64,000 nucleotides of DNA from an uncultured Rikenellaceae bacterium (GTDB lineage Bacteria; Bacteroidota; Bacteroidia; Bacteroidales; Rikenellaceae), in assembly GCA_944326815.1 (NCBI GenBank), contig CALVFI010000007.1, forward strand, positions 22,205-86,204, in the 5' to 3' direction. Below, one piece after another: positions 8,631 through 16,317 of this stretch. Position numbers and translations under genes: made by a program. The notes under the pieces are model-generated. The model worked only from the letters and a program-made list of their open reading frames with translations. It made no database searches and was not told the origin of the DNA. How positions within the stretch are numbered: position 1 is the stretch's first letter; every line of letters starts with the position of its first letter.

Positions 8631-8808
8631 ATATAAAAATGATAGCTACAAAAGAGGATTTCCTTAAAATCGCATAAAATAACGTTCATTTTTCTTTCAT
8701 ATCGTCACCCAACGTTAAATTCCCGTCTTTTTTTGTATGAAATATTATTTTTTTTTCAGATATTTATGGCCGTATTAACACTTTTGATAACCTTATTATA
8801 ACGTTCGA

Positions 8809-11800
8809 ATGAAGAAATTCTACCTTTCCGCACGTCAGGTGTCCGTAACACTGACTCATTTGCGCATGGGGGGGGGTATTGGGTTATTGACAATCCTTCT
8901 ATCCCTTTTATTTTCTTTTAATTGCGCAACACTACAAGCACAAGATCAAACGATGATCCCCATCCAGGGTGTTATCCTGGATGAGACAGGACAACCTTTT
9001 GCTGGGGTAACTGTCGTAGCTCCAAACACAACAGGAGGAACCACAACTGATGCTAAAGGAACATATCGTATTACCGTTCCTAAAGGCACCGACTCTTTAC
9101 GCGTATCTTTTATCGGATACAAAACATTAATGGTCAACATCCGGGATGCCCAACTAATTCACATGGAACCGGAAGTTGCCACCATCGAGGATGTAGTGGT
9201 AACAGGTATTTTTACCCGAAAAGCAGAAAGCTATACCGGATCAGCCACTACGATTAAAGGAGATGAGTTAAGACGCGTAGGTAACAAAAACTTATTCCAA
9301 AGTCTCCGCAGCTTAGATGCATCACTGAACATTCTTACCAACCTCGCAGCTGGTTCCGATCCAAATGTCATGCCAGACATGCAATTACGAGGCACCACAA
9401 CATTTCCTAATAGTAGTACCGAAGCCAACATGTCTCTCAAAGGCAATTATCTGGGAAGTGCCAATATGCCACTATTCATACTGGATGGATTTGAAACGAC
9501 TCAGCAACGCATTTTCAATCTGGACATGAACCGCGTGGCAAGTGTCACTATTTTGAAAGACGCATCAGCAAAGGCTATCTATGGTATGAAAGCCGCCAAT
9601 GGTGTAGTAGTTGTAGAGACAAAACCACTATTAACTAATGAAACACTTTTAACCTATACCGGAAGCATTTCATTGGAAATGCCAGATTTAACCAGTTACA
9701 ATCTTTGTAATGCCCTCGAAAAACTACAGGCAGAAAAATATGAAGGTTTTTATGAATCAGCAACCGGTGTTGCTGATCAAATCTTACAGCAACGTATATA
9801 TAACCAACGGTTAGAATCTGCATTAGCCGGCAATAGCACTTATTGGCTTTCTAAGCCCTTACAGACAGGCATCAGTCACCGACACAGTATTAGTGCCGAG
9901 TTTGGCGAAAGAACCTTGAAATCGACCGTAGATTTCAGCTATAACAAGGTCAACGGAGCGATGAAAGGCTCTGATCATGAAACAATCGCAGGAGACATTG
10001 CATTGGCATATCGCTACAAATCAATTAATTTCCGGAATATTACAAGCATTTCAAACACAAAAGGCAATGACTCTCCTTACGGATCATTTTCAGATTACGT
10101 TAAACTGAATCCTTATTGGACACCCTATGATGAAAACGGTATTCTAAAACCCATATTGCAAGAAGCAGACAGGATTGTATCATCAGAAGCAGTACCGAAC
10201 CCATTATATGATGCCACACTATCTACAAAATTATTAAACACATCATTGTATTATGCCAATAACTTTATTGTAGACGCCTTTTTGGTAAAAGGATTAAAAG
10301 TTATCGGGAAATTGGGTATATCTGGAACTCGCGACGAAGACGAACGTTTTTATCCAGCAAACCATTCTCGTTTCTTTAACATGACGGATGTCGACGATTT
10401 GATGCGTCGCGGTTCATATGCTATGACATACGGCAAAAGTTCTCAAATCGATGGAACTGTGGATTTACAATATGCGGGTGATTTTGGGAAACATTCTATT
10501 CTCGCAGCCGTCGAAGGTTATATTTCAGAACAAAAGATCACAGAAGCAACTTATGAAGCCGAAGGATTTCCGAGCGATCGTATGAATAACATCACCTTTG
10601 CCCGCCAATATGCAGAAGGGACCACACCGTACAGTGTAGACATTTTGCAACGGAATCTTAGGGTAATGGGTAATATATCATACACCTATGACAATCGTTA
10701 CGTTCTTGAGGTAACCGGAGCTCGCAATGCTTCTTCCTCCCTTGGAAGTAATAATAAATGGGGAAGCACATGGAGCGCAGGAGCACAATGGAATGCCCAT
10801 AACGAACAATTTCTTAGAAATATTTCAGGTTTAGACGCTATCCGTTTGGGCGTCACATATGGACGGACCGGTAATCCCAATTTTTCTACTCTTCAAGCCT
10901 ATTCTCTATACCGTTATATTACCAACGGTCAATATAACGGTAACATCGGTGCCACATTAATGAATATGGAGAATCCAAACCTGATGTGGCAAATGACAAC
11001 TGATTTTAATACGAAACTCACCATTGAATATAAAGCTCTTTCCTTTACAGCTGAATATTATCGAAGCGTAACGAAAAATACCATTGAGAGCATCGATATC
11101 GCTCCCTCCACCGGCTTCTCGTCTGTCCAAGAAAATGTCGGCGAGGTTACTAATCGTGGTTTTGAATTCCAAATAGGTGTTTATCCATGGCGCAGTTCGA
11201 AAGGCTTTGTCAACATCAACGTAGGCTTCAAAACCAATAAGAACTGGATCAGCAAGCTTTCTGATGCGATGCAAACTTATAACAACCAACAATTGGAAAT
11301 TGCTGAAAATTTAGGAAACAACGATCCAGTATTACTATATCAAGAAGGGAAACCAATCAATGCCATTTATGCTGTTCCCTCATTAGGCATCGACCCCATG
11401 AATGGTAAAGAAGTTTACATCAATAAAGATGGAGAAAAAACTTATACCTGGTCTAAAGATGATATGGTTTATTGCGGACAAACGACCCCAAAATATAACG
11501 GAACCATCAATTTAAATGCAGAATATAAAGGATTCGGAATTACCGCATCTGCCATTTTCAATGGAGGGTCAGACTATTATAACTACACGTTGGTTGATCG
11601 TGTTGAAGATGCAGACATATATTGGAATGTGGATCGTCGCGTATTAACCGGTCGATGGCTTTATCCTGGACAAATAGCCAAATACTCCGCACTCAAAGAG
11701 ACCTATCAAGAAGAGCCTGGAGGAAAACAATTAACTGTAAAATCCAGGTTATCAAGTCGATTTGTACAAAGGAACAACGAATTGTCGATTACCTCGGTTG

Positions 11801-11970
11801 GAGCTTATTATGAATTTAACTCCAAAGTACTACAAAAGTTGCACCTCAAAAGACTTAGACTACAATTTACACTCGAAGATCTAACCACTCTGTCAACTAT
11901 CCGGATAGAACGGGGTACGAGCTATCCGTTTGCCAGAAATATGTCATTCTCATTATCCGGAACTTTTTAA
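8809..11970 (+). CDS. susC: SusC/RagA-family TonB-linked outer-membrane transporter
   Basis: 1053 aa. It has a carboxypeptidase-regulatory-like N-domain (IQGVILDETGQPFAGVTVV...KGTYRITVPKG...SFIGYK), a plug (VVVTGIFTRKAESYTGSATTIKGDEL) and a C-terminal ...SFSLSGTF. The SusD gene abuts it (TAA-ATG). An alternative start at ATG 8866 gives MGGGIGLLTILLSLLFSFNCATLQA|QD. Confidence 0.9.
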   Translation: MKKFYLSARQVSVTLTHLRMGGGIGLLTILLSLLFSFNCATLQAQDQTMIPIQGVILDETGQPFAGVTVVAPNTTGGTTTDAKGTYRITVPKGTDSLRVSFIGYKTLMVNIRDAQLIHMEPEVATIEDVVVTGIFTRKAESYTGSATTIKGDELRRVGNKNLFQSLRSLDASLNILTNLAAGSDPNVMPDMQLRGTTTFPNSSTEANMSLKGNYLGSANMPLFILDGFETTQQRIFNLDMNRVASVTILKDASAKAIYGMKAANGVVVVETKPLLTNETLLTYTGSISLEMPDLTSYNLCNALEKLQAEKYEGFYESATGVADQILQQRIYNQRLESALAGNSTYWLSKPLQTGISHRHSISAEFGERTLKSTVDFSYNKVNGAMKGSDHETIAGDIALAYRYKSINFRNITSISNTKGNDSPYGSFSDYVKLNPYWTPYDENGILKPILQEADRIVSSEAVPNPLYDATLSTKLLNTSLYYANNFIVDAFLVKGLKVIGKLGISGTRDEDERFYPANHSRFFNMTDVDDLMRRGSYAMTYGKSSQIDGTVDLQYAGDFGKHSILAAVEGYISEQKITEATYEAEGFPSDRMNNITFARQYAEGTTPYSVDILQRNLRVMGNISYTYDNRYVLEVTGARNASSSLGSNNKWGSTWSAGAQWNAHNEQFLRNISGLDAIRLGVTYGRTGNPNFSTLQAYSLYRYITNGQYNGNIGATLMNMENPNLMWQMTTDFNTKLTIEYKALSFTAEYYRSVTKNTIESIDIAPSTGFSSVQENVGEVTNRGFEFQIGVYPWRSSKGFVNINVGFKTNKNWISKLSDAMQTYNNQQLEIAENLGNNDPVLLYQEGKPINAIYAVPSLGIDPMNGKEVYINKDGEKTYTWSKDDMVYCGQTTPKYNGTINLNAEYKGFGITASAIFNGGSDYYNYTLVDRVEDADIYWNVDRRVLTGRWLYPGQIAKYSALKETYQEEPGGKQLTVKSRLSSRFVQRNNELSITSVGAYYEFNSKVLQKLHLKRLRLQFTLEDLTTLSTIRIERGTSYPFARNMSFSLSGTF
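8868..8876 (+). repeat. homopolymeric G9 tract inside the 5' end of susC
   Basis: The sequence reads ATG followed by GGGGGGGGT. The run starts with the G of ATG 8866-8868, so nine consecutive G span 8868-8876. It lies upstream of the signal-peptide hydrophobic core, in an otherwise AT-rich gene. Confidence 0.9.
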
Positions 11971-13536
11971 ATGAAACAATTTATGAAAATCAAGATATTA
12001 TATGTATTCTTGGCAACCTCACTTCTTTTCTCTTCTTGCAAGGATTGGCTTGAAGCAGGTTCCAGTACACAACTCAAAGGAGACAAACTCTTCGAAACAG
12101 AAGAAGGATTTGAAAATGCCTTGACTGGCATTTATCTGAATATGGCTTCAGCAAACATGTACGGCAAAAACATGACATGGTTTTTTGTCGATTTAATGGG
12201 ACAGCCGTATTATAATTTTGGGACGACGGATGTGCGTACTGATATATTCCAAGGTAAATATTATACAACACGCACACAGCCCTATGTCGACAACATATGG
12301 AGTGCCTCGTATAATACGATAGCCAATATCAATAACGTATTGAAATATATCGATAAGAATGGGGATAACCTTATGGGAGATGCAACTCAAAACATGTATA
12401 AAGGAGAGCTCCTCGGGTTACGAGCATACATCCATTTTGATTTAATGCGTTTATTTGGATATGGCAATTTACAAAGCAGGGAAGACTATCAAACAAGAAT
12501 GACCATTCCTTATGTTACGGATTACAGTAAACAACAAACACCTCAACGCACATTTCCAGAAACGATAGGTCTCATCATCAAAGATCTTGAAGACGCATCC
12601 AAATATCTGATTAATGACCCTATCACAAACAATAATGTTGCACCAGAAATTTCCAGTAATACATTTTTCAGTAAGGAAACACGACGGTCACGCATGAATT
12701 ATTATGCGGCACAAGCCACTCTTGCTCGTGTATATATGTGGGAAGGAAGTGACACATGTCTCCAAAAGGCATATGATATAGCAAAAACACTTACACAACT
12801 TGAAGGTACTGCATATAAATGGGTTGAGCAGTCTGCTATTGCCAATAATGTTTTATATCCTGATTTAACATTTTCTACAGAACATCTATTCCGTCTTGAC
12901 GTATTCAATTTTAAAGATATCGTGAATAGTAGCATGGTGGATCTTAATACAAATTCTACCAATGTAGAAACAAATGTTTTCACGGAATATAATATTGAAC
13001 AGATGATTGTCAATACCCTTAAATATGATTATGATCTTGGAGATTATGTAACAGATATTGGTCGCGATGATTATCGTTATTCCCTTCATTACAAAAGGGT
13101 TTCAAAAAGTTCAACTGGTGGTAGTGACACATATTATTACATGCCTTATAAATACCGCCAAATCGAATATAGTCCATATTTAGACATGTTGCCAATGATC
13201 AAAATCAGTGAAATGTACTATATTATGGCAGAATATGAACTTCGCAATGGATCGGAAGATGCGGCACTAGATATTATCAATACAGTCCGCCTGCATCGAG
13301 GTATGACAGAACCAATCACAGAAGATATCATCAATAATGATTGGTGGAGTAGTGTAGAAGATGAACTCACCAAAGAATACATGAAAGAATTCGTTGGCGA
13401 AGGACAATTATTCTACTACATAAAACGTAAAGGATATACCAATCCTCTTTATATTTATAATGAAGAATTCACGGACAGCAAATATCTCTTACCGTATCCT
13501 AGCGACGAAACTATTTTAGGCTGGAGAGTTCAATAA
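11971..13536 (+). CDS. susD: SusD/RagB-family nutrient-binding outer-membrane lipoprotein
   Basis: 521 aa with lipobox LFSSCKDWLEAG, then GDKLFETEEGFENALTGIYLNM, typical of the SusD N-terminus. It sits immediately after SusC. Confidence 0.9.
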   Translation: MKQFMKIKILYVFLATSLLFSSCKDWLEAGSSTQLKGDKLFETEEGFENALTGIYLNMASANMYGKNMTWFFVDLMGQPYYNFGTTDVRTDIFQGKYYTTRTQPYVDNIWSASYNTIANINNVLKYIDKNGDNLMGDATQNMYKGELLGLRAYIHFDLMRLFGYGNLQSREDYQTRMTIPYVTDYSKQQTPQRTFPETIGLIIKDLEDASKYLINDPITNNNVAPEISSNTFFSKETRRSRMNYYAAQATLARVYMWEGSDTCLQKAYDIAKTLTQLEGTAYKWVEQSAIANNVLYPDLTFSTEHLFRLDVFNFKDIVNSSMVDLNTNSTNVETNVFTEYNIEQMIVNTLKYDYDLGDYVTDIGRDDYRYSLHYKRVSKSSTGGSDTYYYMPYKYRQIEYSPYLDMLPMIKISEMYYIMAEYELRNGSEDAALDIINTVRLHRGMTEPITEDIINNDWWSSVEDELTKEYMKEFVGEGQLFYYIKRKGYTNPLYIYNEEFTDSKYLLPYPSDETILGWRVQ

Positions 13537-13553
13537 TTAAAAACAACAATAAA

Positions 13554-14546
13554 ATGCATAATATTCATAAATTAACCATAATTTCAGTCGTTGCTGCTTT
13601 CCTGTTTCTCGGATGCAAGAAAGATGAAATAGATACTTATAATATCAACAATGCAGCGGCACATTTTACGAAGAATTTAGTCAATTATTCGTTTGTCGAT
13701 ACACCCGATGTACCCTATACGGACATAGATGTCCCAGTTACTATTATTGGACCGACGGCAGACTATGAACGTCCATTAACCGTGGAGGTCAACGCAGAAA
13801 CTACTACTGCAACACAGACTCAATATGAAATTTTAAGTGCCAAGGTGAATGCTGGTGCGACAAGCGGGGCTGTCACGGTGCGAATCCACAACGATGCTTC
13901 AGCATTAGATGTGAACGATCTTAATTTAGGGTTAAACATAAAGCCGAATGCTGATTTTGCCACGAATATCGATCCAGAAACAGTTGGTGGGCCTAATCAA
14001 TATCCATTTACAAGTACCCTTCTCGTATGGTCTAACCAGATTAAGATGCCTGATTATTGGTTAAAAAGCACCTTGGCTAAGGTAACGTCACAAACGTACC
14101 TTTATCTGGATAAAGAAGAGGATGCTATCTATGGAGAACAAAATGAAGCAGGTACGCGAGTTCAATTAAACAGCGGAAATGTATATTGGACGTATGGGTT
14201 ATATAGTAAAAATCTGGCGAAGATATTAAAAGAAGTATGGCCCGACACTATCAATGTCAATGGATACTTAGGAAAAGACCCAGAATTTGTAGCCAAATAT
14301 CCTCTGGTCGTCATGGTTAAAGGCCAAAACGGCAGTCTATTGGTGCATCAACTTCAGGAATATGTCTACAACTATAATCAGGCTCATCCCGATGCACCTC
14401 TTCGTCACAGTGAAGACGCGGCATGCATTGGCTCCAATGGAAATATTGCAACGGTTAATGTCAATGTAAATGGCGTTATTAAAAAATACGAACTTAGAAT
14501 CAAAGGCTGTCCTCCAATTCTAATCGACGAAAAAGGAAATTTCTAA
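13554..14546 (+). CDS. lipoprotein, probably DUF4843-family (position-based call)
   Basis: 330 aa with lipobox FLGCKKDEID. The family name rests on my recollection that SusC/SusD/DUF4843/PKD-like lipoprotein/zinc-metalloprotease is a recurrent Bacteroidota gene order. It is not verified by HMM. Confidence 0.5.
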   Translation: MHNIHKLTIISVVAAFLFLGCKKDEIDTYNINNAAAHFTKNLVNYSFVDTPDVPYTDIDVPVTIIGPTADYERPLTVEVNAETTTATQTQYEILSAKVNAGATSGAVTVRIHNDASALDVNDLNLGLNIKPNADFATNIDPETVGGPNQYPFTSTLLVWSNQIKMPDYWLKSTLAKVTSQTYLYLDKEEDAIYGEQNEAGTRVQLNSGNVYWTYGLYSKNLAKILKEVWPDTINVNGYLGKDPEFVAKYPLVVMVKGQNGSLLVHQLQEYVYNYNQAHPDAPLRHSEDAACIGSNGNIATVNVNVNGVIKKYELRIKGCPPILIDEKGNF

Positions 14547-14568
14547 CCCTCTCAGTAAAATTTCAATC

Positions 14569-16197
14569 ATGAAAAAGATATCAATCATTTATTATACGAT
14601 TCTCCTGTTGGGTTTCGTGGGTCTTCACTCATGCTATGAAGACAAAACGACAACGGGGACCATCAGCAATACAATCATCGTAGACACGACAGGTTGGAAT
14701 TTCACCAATGATATGCTCGAGGTATCGAGCGGAAGTATATTACGTTTAACTCCTAAAGTAACTCAAACCGGGACCAGCTCGATGGATAATCTCGATTATC
14801 GTTGGGTTATTACCGCCTCTGACTCCAAGATAGAAGGGGATACATTATTTGTCAGCGATCAATTAGTGTTAGAGAAAAAAGTAAACTGGCTTCCCGGCGA
14901 TGATTTTTACAGTTTATTTTTTACGGTCACCGATCGGAATACTGGTGTCCAATATATCAACAGATACAAAATATTGGTTGTCAGTGGCACTGGAGATGGT
15001 ATTGTTATTGCCGACACACGAGACGGGTCTACCTCTGATTTAACGCTGGTTCGGAATAAATATGTCTCTACCAACTATTCCGGCGAAACAAAATATATAC
15101 GTGACAACTATTCTCTCATCAATGGAGAAAAATTCGATGGAATCATAAAATCTCTCCACTACTCCCCCGGATATAATATGGGGAATGAGGTTTTCCGTTT
15201 ATACTTAGCATCCGATGACAAACTGGAAACTATTCTTTCATCTTCATATGCCCATGAATATTCTTTAGAGGATCTGTTTTTATTTCCGCCTACATTGGAT
15301 AAAAAGGTACAGTATATCGGATCTATAAATATTAATACTGTTCTATCGTATGGAGGTGATATTTATACTTTGAATTTTAATTCCAATGTAGGCAATCTTT
15401 TCACAGAGCCTATCAATTATGTAAAACCAGGAGAAGCTGCTAAGAAATTTGTTGCAGACTGCATCGTTACCGTGCCTTGGCGCAATTATCCTCAAGGGAA
15501 TTACTTTGATGCTACCAAAGGACAACTTTTAGCATTTAGCTTTGGAGGGTCAATCACAGCATATAAACAAGGGACCTCTGCACACACATACGATCCGTCA
15601 GCCTTACAGGGTTATACGCCATTAGGCACATCAATTGGAGAGATTAAAACCATTTCCGGAGACGAAGTAGGTGACATTTATTTCATTCTGAAAGCACCGG
15701 ATGGTTCCATTGCATATTATACAGTACATCAGACGTACGACGAATCAACAAATACTTACGAATATACAAGTGGAGATAAATTGACAACAACAGCTTGTGC
15801 AGAAATCGGAGATGCACGTTTCTTCGAAAGTTGCGAAATCCGTCCTATCGTTTATTACGCTACTAGTACGAAAGTATATAATGGAATCATCAATGAAGGG
15901 CCGGCCACCATTAGTGCCACAACCCCGGCATTTACCGTTCCAAGTGGCGAGGAAATTACTTGCATAAAACTTTTCCGTGAGGCATGGACCCAATACACCC
16001 ATGCTGCCTCTGGAACAGAATTCTCGGAAAGTCGAAATAACCTTATGGTAGCAACCTATAATAGCTCTACCCAAGAAGGAAAAGTTTATCTTTTAAAGAT
16101 TCAAGGCAATACAGGAACATTAGAGACTCCAACCGAGGATCGTATATTTACCGGTTTCGGAAAGATCACCGCTTTGGGTGTTCAAGGTAAACAATAG
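14569..16197 (+). CDS. PKD-like-family lipoprotein (Ig-like N-domain, beta-rich C-domain)
   Basis: 542 aa with lipobox GLHSCYEDKT. An Ig/PKD-like segment reads LRLTPKVTQTG...LDYRWVI...FFTVTDRNTGVQY. The family name is partly from synteny and is not HMM-verified. Confidence 0.5.
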   Translation: MKKISIIYYTILLLGFVGLHSCYEDKTTTGTISNTIIVDTTGWNFTNDMLEVSSGSILRLTPKVTQTGTSSMDNLDYRWVITASDSKIEGDTLFVSDQLVLEKKVNWLPGDDFYSLFFTVTDRNTGVQYINRYKILVVSGTGDGIVIADTRDGSTSDLTLVRNKYVSTNYSGETKYIRDNYSLINGEKFDGIIKSLHYSPGYNMGNEVFRLYLASDDKLETILSSSYAHEYSLEDLFLFPPTLDKKVQYIGSININTVLSYGGDIYTLNFNSNVGNLFTEPINYVKPGEAAKKFVADCIVTVPWRNYPQGNYFDATKGQLLAFSFGGSITAYKQGTSAHTYDPSALQGYTPLGTSIGEIKTISGDEVGDIYFILKAPDGSIAYYTVHQTYDESTNTYEYTSGDKLTTTACAEIGDARFFESCEIRPIVYYATSTKVYNGIINEGPATISATTPAFTVPSGEEITCIKLFREAWTQYTHAASGTEFSESRNNLMVATYNSSTQEGKVYLLKIQGNTGTLETPTEDRIFTGFGKITALGVQGKQ

Positions 16198-16222
16198 TGT
16201 AAGTTCTTAACTTTACTCATCC

Positions 16223-16263
16223 ACAAATCAAGCTAAGCAGAGTTTCTGTTTAGCTTGATTTGT
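16223..16263 (+). terminator. strong hairpin after the PKD-like gene (terminator-like, weak T tract)
   Basis: 14-bp perfect stem ACAAATCAAGCTAA / TTAGCTTGATTTGT with a 13-nt loop. It marks the 3' edge of the low-GC cassette. Confidence 0.4.
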
Positions 16264-16317
16264 TAAACATAACAGACATACAAAAAAAACACCAAACTAA
16301 TTATTAACCAAGTTTAT

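Noticed and set aside
8561-8649. 8-nt direct repeats (ATAGCTAC at 8561 and 8642) flanking the 8594-8630 hairpin, considered as target-site duplications of a miniature inverted-repeat element.
   Set aside because: The repeats are short, the DNA is AT-rich, and the hairpin is fully explained as the terminator of the GH5-like gene. There are no terminal inverted repeats beyond the stem.
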